Assembly (NCBI GenBank): GCA_963737265.1
Contig: CAVTRY010000023.1
Span: 320,001 to 384,000, forward strand
DNA from: an uncultured delta proteobacterium
Lineage (GTDB): Bacteria; Myxococcota_A; Polyangia; Fen-1088
Direction of reading: 5' to 3'
DNA length: 64,000 nucleotides
In this document: positions 37,745-47,445 of the stretch, one piece after another
Layout of the letters: each line of letters begins with the position of its first letter
How positions within the stretch are numbered: the stretch's first letter is position 1
Notes under the pieces: generated by a model
What the model saw: only the letters and a program-made list of their open reading frames with translations
The model's database searches: none
Told to the model about the DNA's origin: nothing
Made by a program: the position numbers and the translations under genes

Positions 37745-38334
37745 GTTCCCCCCTCCGCGCCAGCCTGGTCCCGGTAGCGGAACGTTGCCGCGATAAACTT
37801 CGCGCGCAATCGCGGAGAACCCGCACCCTCGTTCTTCTCGACCGAGAGACCGAGGTTCTCCACATTGACGATGCGAGGCAGCTCGCTGATGTTCTTGAAG
37901 AACTTCGTGATGGTGTGGTAGGTGCCGCGAACTTCGATGCGCACGGGAATCCTGACGTAGAGTTCCTGGGGAGTTTCAGCGTCGATGGTGAGGGAAACGA
38001 TTTCGAGCCCGGCCAGCTCTGCTTGCTCCTGAATATTGGAAAGGAAAGTGGGAATTTCGGCCTTTTTAGGCAAGGCCTTGAGCAAATCGCGCTGCTCTTG
38101 TTGCAGTTGGGTTAGTTCACTGCGGTAGGCGAGATACTCGCGCTTGCGTTTTTCGTAGTTGTCCTTCTCGGTCTTGAGTTGTTGTTGCTGCGCACGCGCC
38201 GATTTGATCTGGTCCTGGACATCGAGGTAGAAGAGTCCGCCGTAGGCGCCGAGGATCACCACCATGACGCCGAGGGTGACGCCGATCTTCACCGGGGTCT
38301 TGAGACGCAGGAGTTTCTGTAGAAGGCTTTTCAT
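37741..38334 (-). CDS. pilO: Type IV pilus assembly protein PilO
   Basis: TM + coiled coil, LPKKAEIP, GTYH, LPRIVNV. Confidence 0.92.
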   Translation of the reverse strand: MKSLLQKLLRLKTPVKIGVTLGVMVVILGAYGGLFYLDVQDQIKSARAQQQQLKTEKDNYEKRKREYLAYRSELTQLQQEQRDLLKALPKKAEIPTFLSNIQEQAELAGLEIVSLTIDAETPQELYVRIPVRIEVRGTYHTITKFFKNISELPRIVNVENLGLSVEKNEGAGSPRLRAKFIAATFRYRDQAGAEGGT

Positions 38335-38335
38335 C

Positions 38336-38965
38336 TCAGTAGATCACCGAAGCCGAAAGGCTGAAGTTGACGTACTTCACCAGGCCCTTGGCCGCCTGTG
38401 CCGTCGCGTCGAGGTTGACGTCCTTGAAGAATACGGAGGAGTTGAGTCGCTTGAGAAACTCGGCCACGTCTTCGTTGGACTTTGCCGCCCCCTTCAGCTT
38501 GATCTTCTGCTTGTCCTCCGCGTACGAGTCGAGCCACACGCGCTTGGTTTCCCAGTTCGAGTTGAAACCGGCATTGGGATCCTTGCGTAGAGTTTCCTCG
38601 TAGGTGACGCGTTCGAAGGTTGGACCCTTGCCGGGACTCAGGATCTCGGACATCTCGCGCAGCAAGAAGACCGGCCCGGTGCGCCCCGACTCCAAGGCTT
38701 GGATCGTCTTGCGCTGTTTGAGCAGCTCTTCGCGTTGCGATCGAATCTTGTCGTAGTCGCCCAGCTCTTGCTTGAGACGCGCCACCTCGGCTTGGGTGAT
38801 CGTGTTGTCGCGCTGGATCTTTTCCAGATCCGCAGTGGCCTGCAGGTGAAAGAAGACCACGAGAGCGATGGTTCCCAGAATAGCGATCCCCATCACCAGG
38901 AACTGGCGCTGGCTGGCCTCTTGCCGCTTCGCCTTGCGCGTGGGGAGTAGATTGATGCGAATCAC
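38336..38965 (-). CDS. pilN: Type IV pilus assembly protein PilN
   Basis: (M)IRINLLP from GTG 38965 overlapping the pilM stop. Confidence 0.92.
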   Translation of the reverse strand: MIRINLLPTRKAKRQEASQRQFLVMGIAILGTIALVVFFHLQATADLEKIQRDNTITQAEVARLKQELGDYDKIRSQREELLKQRKTIQALESGRTGPVFLLREMSEILSPGKGPTFERVTYEETLRKDPNAGFNSNWETKRVWLDSYAEDKQKIKLKGAAKSNEDVAEFLKRLNSSVFFKDVNLDATAQAAKGLVKYVNFSLSASVIY

Positions 38966-40020
38966 TGTTTGTCCCCCGGCCTGCGCAACGACAGGCCCAC
39001 GGCAACCGCCGCCTCCGCGGAGTGCCTTTGCACGAACTCGGTGTCGAAGCGATGCTCGTCGACGAAGATCTTGCGGAAGGGATCCATGACCTCGACCGCC
39101 GTGCGCGATTTTACCTCGAGGGCCTTTTGCAACGAAGGCACCTGGGCCGACCCGCCGCACAGATAGATGCGCGTGATGGTCGCGTCGCTGCTCGACGCCA
39201 AGTAGAAATCGAGCGACCGTTGAAACTTGCCGGCCACGCCGTCCGACACCGAAGCAATGACGGCCTCGACCTCCTGCGGAACGACCTCGCTGACCGACTG
39301 CCCCGTCGATCCGATTTTCCAGGCTTCGGCTTCTTCCTGGCTGACGTTGAGACGCTTCTGAATCTCCTCGGTAAAGGCATTGCCACCGACCGTTACATCG
39401 CGGGTGAACGCGCTCGAACCGCCGGCGATGATGTTGATATTGGACAAGGTGGCGCCGACGTTGATCACGGCGATGGCCTCCTCAGGCACCACCGGGTAGT
39501 TCGCCTCGTAGGCGTTCTGAATGGTGAAGGCAGCCACGTCCATGATCATCGGTATCAGCTTGGCTTCGCGAATAACCATGCTGTAGTCCGCCACCACTTC
39601 CTTTTTCGCCGCCACGAGAAGCAGCTCCATCTGGCCACCGGTGGTGGCGTCGCTGCCGATCAGCTGATGGTCGATCTCGACATCGTCCTTTGAAAACGGG
39701 ATGTGGTGCTCGGCCTCCCACGGGATCTGTTCTTCCAGCTCCTCCGGCGTCATGGGCGGCACTTTGATCTTCTTGATGATGACCGAGTGCCCGGAGATGG
39801 CCGTCGCAACTTCCCGGCCCTTGATGCCGAGGTTGTCCCGCAGCGTGCGGATCGCCTCCACCACCGCGCCCTGGTTCATGATCGCGCCGTCGACGATGGT
39901 CTGCGCTGGCAACGGCTCGAAGCCGAAGTTAACCAGCTGCAAGCCCTTCGAGGTCTCCTTGATTTGGACGACCTTGACAGAACTCGACCCGATATCGAGT
40001 CCTATGCAGTTCTTGGGCAT
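38962..40020 (-). CDS. pilM: Type IV pilus assembly protein PilM
   Basis: IGLDIGSSSVK, EAEHHIPF, LCGGSA, AVAVGLSLR. Confidence 0.95.
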   Translation of the reverse strand: MPKNCIGLDIGSSSVKVVQIKETSKGLQLVNFGFEPLPAQTIVDGAIMNQGAVVEAIRTLRDNLGIKGREVATAISGHSVIIKKIKVPPMTPEELEEQIPWEAEHHIPFSKDDVEIDHQLIGSDATTGGQMELLLVAAKKEVVADYSMVIREAKLIPMIMDVAAFTIQNAYEANYPVVPEEAIAVINVGATLSNINIIAGGSSAFTRDVTVGGNAFTEEIQKRLNVSQEEAEAWKIGSTGQSVSEVVPQEVEAVIASVSDGVAGKFQRSLDFYLASSSDATITRIYLCGGSAQVPSLQKALEVKSRTAVEVMDPFRKIFVDEHRFDTEFVQRHSAEAAVAVGLSLRRPGDKQ

Positions 40021-40123
40021 CAGTGTTCTCTCCCGTGGGGATCCTGCAACCGCCTATTTTCACCTACATGGTGCGCTTGCCGGCGCAAAGATCAAAAAAC
40101 GCATCCAATGGTACTCATATCGA

Positions 40124-41641
40124 TCACTTTGCCCTCCAAGTTGAATCGATACGTGAAATCGTCACCGGAGTGGGCGTCACGGGCGGGGGAGTCAAGGGCG
40201 TCGGCGCATCGAGGGACCCGTCGGCCATGGCCGCCAGCTCGCGGGTGTCGCGGCCGACGTTGATGCCGAATTCCTTGATCTTATAGAGCAGGGCGCGGTG
40301 GCTGATTTCAAGCAGCTCGGCGGCGCGCGTGCGATTGCCGCGGGTCTTGAGCAGCGCACGGCGAATCAGCGCCTCTTCCGAGCGGCGCGAAGCGCGCTTG
40401 ATGGAAAGATTGTCGTCGTCCGGGCCATTCGGCGGCGCCGCTGCCGGGGCCGTGGCCACCAGGCGAAGTCGTTCGGGTAATGCCTCGACCTCGATGTGCG
40501 ATCCTTCGCAAAGCACGATGGCGCGTTCTATGGAATTCTCCAACTCGCGAACGTTGCCTGGCCAATCGTGCGCCACCAGCAGGCGCATCGCCTCCGGCGT
40601 CACCCCCATGACGGCCATGCCCATGCGCGCGTTCATGCGCGCAAGGAAGTGTTCCGCCAGCAGCGGAATGTCCTCGCGCCTCTCGCGCAGCGCCGGCAGG
40701 TGCAGTGTGAACACGTTCAGTCGGTAGAAGAGATCCTCACGAAAAGCGCCGCGCCCAACCTCGGCGGACAGATCGCGTGCCGTGGCCGCCACCACCCGCA
40801 CATCCACCTTGATATCTTGGCTATCGCCGAGGCGGCGGATCTCGCCTTCCTGCAAGACGCGCAGAAGCTTGACCTGCAAGCCCAGCGGTAACTCGCCAAT
40901 CTCGTCGAGGAAGAGCGTGCCGCCCGAGGCTTCTTCGAACAGGCCCTTGCGGTCGCGATTGGCGTCGGTGAATGCGCCCCTGCGATGGCCGAACAGCTCG
41001 GATTCGAGCAGATTGTCGGGAATCGCACCGCAGTTGACCGCGATGAAGGGGTTGGATGAACGCGGGGAAAGGCGGTGGATGGCGCGGGCGATGAGCTCCT
41101 TGCCCGTGCCCGATTCACCACCCACCAGCACCGTGGTTTTAAATTCCGCAATCTTGCGCACGGTGCGGAACAGTTCCAGCATTTGCCGACTGTGCGCGAC
41201 CAGATCGCCGAGGCCGGCCTCGGGCTCCTGCCCGCCAGCGCGGATCTGTTTGTGCAGCAACTGGTTTTCGCGGAACAATCGCTCGCGTTCTTCGGCCTTA
41301 CGCAGAAGCAGGATGATCTCGTCGGCTTCAAACGGCTTGGAGATGTAGTCGTACGCCCCACGCTTCATGGCCTCGATGGCGATGTCGCGACTGCCATACG
41401 CCGTCATCACGACCACCGTGGTGCCCAGGTTTCGCCGACGAACCTCGTCGACCAGGTCGAGGCCACTCTGTCCCGGCATGCGCAGGTCGGTGATGACGAT
41501 GTCGTAGGACTGATCTTCCAGTTCCTTGAGAGCTCCCTCCACGGACGCGACACCCACCGGCTCGTAACCTTCCCGCTTGAGCAACGTCTGCAGCATGTGC
41601 CGCAAGTTCTGCTCATCGTCCACGACTAGCACGCGTCGCAT
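40124..41641 (-). CDS. NtrC-family sigma54 response regulator (PilR2/Nla23-like by position)
   Basis: Receiver VLVVDD/TDLRMP, GESGTGKE, GAFTDA, WPGNVREL, Fis HTH. Confidence 0.9.
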   Translation of the reverse strand: MRRVLVVDDEQNLRHMLQTLLKREGYEPVGVASVEGALKELEDQSYDIVITDLRMPGQSGLDLVDEVRRRNLGTTVVVMTAYGSRDIAIEAMKRGAYDYISKPFEADEIILLLRKAEERERLFRENQLLHKQIRAGGQEPEAGLGDLVAHSRQMLELFRTVRKIAEFKTTVLVGGESGTGKELIARAIHRLSPRSSNPFIAVNCGAIPDNLLESELFGHRRGAFTDANRDRKGLFEEASGGTLFLDEIGELPLGLQVKLLRVLQEGEIRRLGDSQDIKVDVRVVAATARDLSAEVGRGAFREDLFYRLNVFTLHLPALRERREDIPLLAEHFLARMNARMGMAVMGVTPEAMRLLVAHDWPGNVRELENSIERAIVLCEGSHIEVEALPERLRLVATAPAAAPPNGPDDDNLSIKRASRRSEEALIRRALLKTRGNRTRAAELLEISHRALLYKIKEFGINVGRDTRELAAMADGSLDAPTPLTPPPVTPTPVTISRIDSTWRAK

Positions 41642-41760
41642 GGCTGTCCTACTGTCCTTGCGGTCTTCCAATCCACACGGAATTCAAGCCGCCATCGTAA
41701 CAGAAGGGCCGCGTTTCGGCTAGACTTCGCGCATTGCGCGGCATTGCGCGCGCAACGGGG

Positions 41761-42216
41761 CTAGGTTGCCGGCGACGACTCTAACGCTTCGGCGTCGGCG
41801 ATGTCCTTGGCTCTACCGCACTCGCGCTTGGCTACGATGAGATCGCGGCGTCCGATGACATGCACCTCGATCCCGTTCAGCTCCGCGGTTGCCCGACGCG
41901 CCCACGCCGCGGCGAAGTCGAGGCCCCGGATGCCCTTGGCCAGATCGATGCGATTGGGAGGCACGCCAATCCACACCACGTCGAGCGGAGGCGCGGCGTT
42001 CAAATGGTCGATGGCGATAGCAGGCGCGCCAAAATCGGCAAGAGCGCGGAACGCACGCTCCATGTTTTCAGGCGAATCGTCGAGCCACAGATCCATGTGC
42101 CGGGTCGTGCGCGGCTGACCGTGATACTCGACCGCGAATGCGCCGACCAGGAGATAGCGGACATCGACCCCGGCGAACGTCCGCAACAGCTTCATGAAGT
42201 CTTTGTTGATTTCCAA
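41761..42216 (-). CDS. Small nucleotidyltransferase-fold protein
   Basis: YLLVGAFAV..HG.PR.T..MD, KR..GR.KD..D; TTG start after AAGGAGG. Confidence 0.7.
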   Translation of the reverse strand: MEINKDFMKLLRTFAGVDVRYLLVGAFAVEYHGQPRTTRHMDLWLDDSPENMERAFRALADFGAPAIAIDHLNAAPPLDVVWIGVPPNRIDLAKGIRGLDFAAAWARRATAELNGIEVHVIGRRDLIVAKRECGRAKDIADAEALESSPAT

Positions 42217-42423
42217 CGTAGCCTCCTTCCGGTGATGGACCGACAGCCCATCGAAACGCGGCTGCCAGGCATTGGCCGGCAAATTGGATCTGCAATGGAA
42301 GATTTCCGTGCAGCGAACAGCGAAGGACAGTCGTTTCCAGCGAAACACGCCTGGCATTCACCTCGATTGAATCCGGCACGCCAGCAGTCTAGCGCGTTTG
42401 CCGGCGCGCCCATAGCAGACGTT

Positions 42424-43218
42424 TTAGGACGCGGCGAGGTCTGCGTCATGCAGGAGGGATTTGATTTCCTTCTTGGTGAGCTCGCGAAATCCGCCCATTT
42501 TCAGGCCTTCAAAACTGATTTCGCCAAGGCGGACGCGGGAAATCTTAAGCACGGTGTGCCGGATGGTTTCACCGGCCGCCTTCAGCACGCGCGGACGGCT
42601 CTCGGCCACGATCATCTCGACCCACGTGTTCTTGCCGGTAGTGGCAATGGCCTCGACCCTGGTGGGTTTGACTGGCCGGCCGTCCCAGCGCCAGCCGCGC
42701 AGCAGCCGCGCGACCTCGTCGTCGCCCACCTTGCCTTGGAATTTTAGGTGGTACGTCATGGGCACGTGCCCGCCGCCGCGAGACATGCGAGCGGAAAGCG
42801 CCCCGTCGGTAGTCAGCAAGACCACGCCTTCGGCCAGAAAATCGAGCGGCGCTACCACCTGCCACCCGACCTCCACGTCGGGAATGAATTTCGCCAGCGT
42901 TCCGCGCTCTTTTTCGCGAACCTTTCCCCGCTTCTTGGCAGCGGGCTTATCGCGTTCACCGTCCTCATCAGGCAACGGCGCCGCCAGCGTGGCCAGACAG
43001 CCGCGCGGTTTGAGCAACACACGATACTGCGGCGGTTCGGGCCGCACGCGCCGGCCTCGGACTTCGACGCGATCGTCGTGCGGATCGACCTGCAGGCCGA
43101 GCTCGGTCACGACCTGGCCGCCCACCTTCACCTCGCCGGCGCGAATCATGTCTTCGGCGCGCCTGCGCGAAGCGATTCCCGCCTGGGCTAGCAGTTTCTG
43201 CAGTCGGACCTTGGCCAC
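42424..43218 (-). CDS. rluB: RluB/RsuA-family pseudouridine synthase (S4 domain)
   Basis: RLQKLLAQAGIASRRRAE S4 domain; motif II reads APLD..EG..LLT.DG; follows scpAB. Confidence 0.8.
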   Translation of the reverse strand: MAKVRLQKLLAQAGIASRRRAEDMIRAGEVKVGGQVVTELGLQVDPHDDRVEVRGRRVRPEPPQYRVLLKPRGCLATLAAPLPDEDGERDKPAAKKRGKVREKERGTLAKFIPDVEVGWQVVAPLDFLAEGVVLLTTDGALSARMSRGGGHVPMTYHLKFQGKVGDDEVARLLRGWRWDGRPVKPTRVEAIATTGKNTWVEMIVAESRPRVLKAAGETIRHTVLKISRVRLGEISFEGLKMGGFRELTKKEIKSLLHDADLAAS

Positions 43219-43229
43219 GTTGGGTTTTC

Positions 43230-44498
43230 CTATTCTGCGACGGTCGGGGCGGATTCTGGGGCCGGCTCTTGCTCGGCCGGTGGCTTGGATTCTTCGACGA
43301 CGGGCTCGTCTGCCTCGCCCAGCACCTGCTTGGCGAGCTTGGAAGCCTGATCCAGCTCGTCGAGCAAGGGGTCGCTGTCATCGGGCTCGGACGGCATGTC
43401 GGCCCGCGCAACCGAATGCAGCGCCACATCGGGTTTGGGCGTCGTCGCACTCGGCGTTGGGGCTTCGGACGCGGCGCCGTGCTCGGAATCGACGCGCGAC
43501 TGATCTTCGGACGACAGATCGTAGAACTCACGCAGCGTCGGCAACTCGGAAAGATCGGGCAGGTTGAAGACGCGCAGGAACTCGGGCGTGGTGCCGTAAA
43601 GCATGGGCCGGCCCACTTCTTCCTTCTTGCCGATGATGCGCACGAGACCGCGTTCGAGCAACGTCTTGAGCACCGGGCCGCAATCGACGCCGCGAATGTT
43701 GTCGACCTCGGGCCGGGTGACCGGTTGGCGATAGGCGACGATAGCCAGGGTTTCCAGCATGGCGCGCGACAGACGCAAGGGCCGGCCCACCAGCAGCTTC
43801 GACACCCAGTTCGCGTTTTCAGAGTTGGTGCGCAGATGCCAACCGGACGAGAGAGTCGACACCTCGATGCCGGATCCCTTGCGACGTTCAGCGAGCGATT
43901 GCACCGCCGCAGTCACTTTCTTGCCGTCGCGCTCGCCCAGCAAACGCTTGAGCTCGGCGAGCCCGAGCGCCTTGTCCGAGGCAAACAGCAAACTTTCGAT
44001 GATGGACTCGATGCGCGAGGCTTCGATCGTCGCATCCCCGGTCGCATCGCCCGCAACATTGCCCGTCGCCTCGCCTACAACATCTCCCAGCGTCTCGCCC
44101 GCAACATCGCCCGTCACTTCGCCTACAACATCCCCCGACCTCTCGCCCGCAGCCGCACTCGCCGCATCGCCGGTCGCCTCGTCTTCGGCTGCGTTGGCGG
44201 TCTCCGACCATTCCACCTCGCCCGCCACCTCTTCGACTGCCATTGTCGCTTCGGTAACCTCGGTCGCCACGACGCTTGCCGATTCCGGAATTGCGGGTGC
44301 GCTGGACGTATCCACGGCCACCTCGTCGGGCAGCGCAGCGACTGCGGCTTGCGCCTCCTCCGCGATAGGCGGCACTTCAACAGCCGATGGTTCTGGCTCC
44401 GCCGCGGTCGGCGCAGCAGTTGCCGCCGATTCGGTTGCCGGTACCTCGGTGACCTCTTCACTCTGCGGTTTGTTTTTGCTCTTCTTGCGCTTGGCCAT
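43230..44498 (-). CDS. scpB: SMC-Scp complex subunit ScpB with acidic extensions
   Basis: IESLLFAS, LETLAIVAYRQPVTR, IRGVD, GRPMLYGTT. Confidence 0.93.
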   Translation of the reverse strand: MAKRKKSKNKPQSEEVTEVPATESAATAAPTAAEPEPSAVEVPPIAEEAQAAVAALPDEVAVDTSSAPAIPESASVVATEVTEATMAVEEVAGEVEWSETANAAEDEATGDAASAAAGERSGDVVGEVTGDVAGETLGDVVGEATGNVAGDATGDATIEASRIESIIESLLFASDKALGLAELKRLLGERDGKKVTAAVQSLAERRKGSGIEVSTLSSGWHLRTNSENANWVSKLLVGRPLRLSRAMLETLAIVAYRQPVTRPEVDNIRGVDCGPVLKTLLERGLVRIIGKKEEVGRPMLYGTTPEFLRVFNLPDLSELPTLREFYDLSSEDQSRVDSEHGAASEAPTPSATTPKPDVALHSVARADMPSEPDDSDPLLDELDQASKLAKQVLGEADEPVVEESKPPAEQEPAPESAPTVAE

Positions 44499-45594
44499 CG
44501 GTGACTTCCTCGCCGACTTCCTCGCCGACTTCCTCGCCCGGTGCGGCAGAGGCTGGGAAAGACGGGGAGATTACATCTTCTGAAGGATGAAGTTCGACAG
44601 GATCGGTGGGCGTGGTTTCACTTGATGCGGTCGCCGACGCTCCGGCCGCCGCGGGCTCCGCGGCCTCGATTTCGCTCGCCGCCCCGGCCTCGACCGGTTC
44701 GCCGGTCGCGCCTTCGAAGCCCGCCGCCGGTTCGGATTCGTTGGCTGAGGTAACGGTGAGATTGCGCGCTTCCGCCAGGCCGGTACCCTCCACTTGCGCC
44801 AAGAAGAACGTCCCCGTTGCTTCTTCCTGCATGACCCGAATCACGCGCAATCGCGCCAGCTCCAGCACTGCCAGCAGCGACACGACAACCTTGTGGCGAA
44901 GCTCCGCCTCGGGGAGATCTGCGCCGAGAAGGTCCTCGAACCGTACCATGCCCTTCCCTGCTTCCAGCAGGTCCACGATCTGGTTGATGCGATCGGAAAT
45001 CGAAACGCGGTCGACCACCACGTCGTGGGTGTACTGGGGCTTGGCCTTCTCCAGCACCTGCGCCCAGTGCTCGAGCAGCTTCCACACCGAATGCTCGGCG
45101 AGGCCGGCCTCGCCCGCGCTTTCGAGGGGAACGCCGCGCACGAAAACGTTGCGGCCCTCGATGGGACGATTGCCGAGATTTTCGGCCGCGTGCTTGTATT
45201 TCTGGTACTCGAGCAGGCGCCGAATCAGCTCTTCGCGCGGATCGATGGGGTCTTCGCCGTCCTCGCTGGCTTCGAGCGGCTCGGGCGAGGGCACAAGCTC
45301 GCGCGACTTCAGATAGGCGAGGTGCGCGGCCATCACGAGGTAGTCGGCCGCGACTTCGACCGACATGTTCTGCATCACCTCCAGGTATTCGATGTACTTC
45401 TCGGCGACGAATGCGATGGAGATGTTGAGGATGTCGATCTCGTGCGTTTGGCACAGGTGCAACAGGAGATCGAGCGGCCCTTCGAATTCGGGCAAGGTCA
45501 CGCGGTAGGTGGTATCGCCCGTGGCATCGGCCGGCGCCGCGACCGGCATCGGGTTGGGGCCGGAAGAGCCCACGGTCGGAGGCCTGTCGGTCAT
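44458..45594 (-). CDS. scpA: SMC-Scp complex subunit ScpA
   Basis: FEGPLDLLLHL, YLVMAA.L..LKS, DPREELIRRLLEY, LLAVLEL; ATG 45594 overlaps the upstream stop. Confidence 0.93.
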   Translation of the reverse strand: MTDRPPTVGSSGPNPMPVAAPADATGDTTYRVTLPEFEGPLDLLLHLCQTHEIDILNISIAFVAEKYIEYLEVMQNMSVEVAADYLVMAAHLAYLKSRELVPSPEPLEASEDGEDPIDPREELIRRLLEYQKYKHAAENLGNRPIEGRNVFVRGVPLESAGEAGLAEHSVWKLLEHWAQVLEKAKPQYTHDVVVDRVSISDRINQIVDLLEAGKGMVRFEDLLGADLPEAELRHKVVVSLLAVLELARLRVIRVMQEEATGTFFLAQVEGTGLAEARNLTVTSANESEPAAGFEGATGEPVEAGAASEIEAAEPAAAGASATASSETTPTDPVELHPSEDVISPSFPASAAPGEEVGEEVGEEVTDGQAQEEQKQTAE

Positions 45595-46304
45595 GAGCCC
45601 ATCGCCATGCCGAGGCCCGCCACCCAGTAGGACGTGATGAGATCGATGGGATAGCCGATCACGCCCATGAGCGGCAGACCCAGCGAGGGACTGATCACGA
45701 GAAAAAGCAAGATGAAGCTGCCGTAGCGTGCGAGAAAGTCGACCACGTTGTGCATGGATCGCGGCAGCAGCCAGGCCAGCACCGCGCCGCCGTCGAGCGG
45801 CGGAATGGGCAGAAGGTTGAACACCATCAGGGAAAGGTTCAGGCGCACGAGATAGTGGAAAACCGTGCTGATGAGATGGTCGGGCGCATGAAGGCGAGCG
45901 GCGACGACGATTCCTAGGGAAACCACGAACGCCATGACCAGGTTCATGAATGGACCGGCGATCGACACCATCATGCGCCCGGTGCTCATGGAAAAGCGGC
46001 GCGTGTAAGCCGCTGGATTGGTTTGCACCGGCCGGCCCCAGGCCAGGAGCGGCAACGACGCGGACGCAGACAGCGCCATCAGGATCGGCATCAGGATGGT
46101 TCCGATGGGATCGATGTGGTGCTGCGGCGACAACGTCACCCGCCCCTGCGAGCGCGGCGTGGGGTCGCCGAGGCGGTTCGCCACCCAGGCATGCCCGAAT
46201 TCGTGGACAGTAATGCTCAGGATGAACGCGATGAGGTAAAGAATCGCGTGCTGGATTTGATCGGCTCCGATATTCAACGCATCTCTCCGCGGCGCCGCCG
46301 CCAT
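45591..46304 (-). CDS. Site-2 protease family (M50) membrane metalloprotease
   Basis: HEFGH, AGPFMN, FNLLPIPPLDG. Confidence 0.93.
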   Translation of the reverse strand: MAAAPRRDALNIGADQIQHAILYLIAFILSITVHEFGHAWVANRLGDPTPRSQGRVTLSPQHHIDPIGTILMPILMALSASASLPLLAWGRPVQTNPAAYTRRFSMSTGRMMVSIAGPFMNLVMAFVVSLGIVVAARLHAPDHLISTVFHYLVRLNLSLMVFNLLPIPPLDGGAVLAWLLPRSMHNVVDFLARYGSFILLFLVISPSLGLPLMGVIGYPIDLITSYWVAGLGMAMGS

Positions 46305-46344
46305 GCCGGGTATAGCCGACGTACTCCGGCACGGTCAACGTCGA

Positions 46345-47259
46345 CTACGCCCGGGGGTGGAACTTGTCATAGACACTGCGCAAATGGGCGCGCGACAGGT
46401 GGGTATAAATCTCGGTGGTCCCGATGTCGACGTGACCCAGCATGGCTTGCACGGATCGCAAGTCGGCGCCGCGCTCGACCAAGTGGGTGGCGAAGGAATG
46501 GCGCAGCTTGTGCGGCGAGAGCCGCCTGCGAATACCGGCGGCGCGCGCATGGGCGGCCAAAATTTTCCAAAATCCCTGCCGGGTCATGCGCCGGCCGAAC
46601 CGCGTCAGAAACACTGAAGACGTGTCCATCGTCGAAGTCAAGCATTCGCGGAGGAAGCTCGGGCGCGCGGTTTCGATGTAGGATCGCAGCAACACGACCG
46701 CGGCTTCACCGAGGGGGACGATCCTTTGCTTCTTGCCTTTGCCGAATGCCACGAGATAGCCGGCCTCCAGGTTCATATCGCCGAGGCGCAGCTTGACCAG
46801 CTCGGAAACGCGCAGGCCGGTGGCGTAGAGGGTTTCGAGCATGGCCGAGTCGCGCATCCCGCGCGGCGAGGTCCTATCGGGCGCGGCCAGCAAGCGATCC
46901 ACCTCTTCCAGGGTCAGAAACGACGGCAGCTTGCGCCCGAAGTGAGGCAGGTCGACCTCGTCGGTGGGGTTGGTTTCACAGATGCGCTCGACGCGCAGAA
47001 ACCTGAAAAACTGCCGCTGCGCAACCAAGGCGCGCGCTTGCGAACGCGCGGACATCTTCTGTGCGGTAAGCGCCGCCAAGTAGTCGAGCACGTCGACCGG
47101 CCGCACGACGCCGACGTCGCCGACCCCGCGGCCAAGCAAGAACTTCGCGAACGCGCCGAGGTCGTGGCCGTAGGCTTCCACCGTCGCGACCGACAGCTCG
47201 CGCTCGACCCGCACGTGGTCGAGAAACTGCTGAATTGCTAGATCGACGGGCGACCCCAT
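46345..47259 (-). CDS. xerD: Tyrosine recombinase XerD
   Basis: LYATGLRVSEL, GKGKKQR, MTRQGFW, HKLRHSFATH, VQAMLGH...TTEIY. Confidence 0.92.
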   Translation of the reverse strand: MGSPVDLAIQQFLDHVRVERELSVATVEAYGHDLGAFAKFLLGRGVGDVGVVRPVDVLDYLAALTAQKMSARSQARALVAQRQFFRFLRVERICETNPTDEVDLPHFGRKLPSFLTLEEVDRLLAAPDRTSPRGMRDSAMLETLYATGLRVSELVKLRLGDMNLEAGYLVAFGKGKKQRIVPLGEAAVVLLRSYIETARPSFLRECLTSTMDTSSVFLTRFGRRMTRQGFWKILAAHARAAGIRRRLSPHKLRHSFATHLVERGADLRSVQAMLGHVDIGTTEIYTHLSRAHLRSVYDKFHPRA

Positions 47260-47330
47260 GAGGCAGATCGTCCGGCCGCCTGGTCGCGCATGCAAGTTTT
47301 CGCATGCGCCGGCACGTCCGCGGCGCGGCC

Positions 47331-47436
47331 GTGGTGCGCGACCTCGGCCCGCGCGACCCATGCTACTTCTCCCCGCTGACTGTCGCGCGGCGAATGGGAG
47401 GTGGTGCGCGACCTCGGCCCGCGCGACCCATGCTAC
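47331..47436 (+). repeat. Perfect 36-bp direct repeat x2 with a 34-bp spacer
   Basis: GTGGTGCGCGACCTCGGCCCGCGCGACCCATGCTAC at 47331-47366 and 47401-47436. Confidence 0.92.
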
Positions 47437-47445
47437 CCTTGGCCC

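Noticed and set aside
46345-47259. Integrase for the tRNA-Arg islet or a prophage
   Set aside because: XerD signature (TRQGFW) in housekeeping xerD-S2P-scpAB-rluB context, 37 kb away
47331-47436. CRISPR mini-array
   Set aside because: Only two repeats, no cas genes or AT-rich leader in the window, and the spacer is self-complementary
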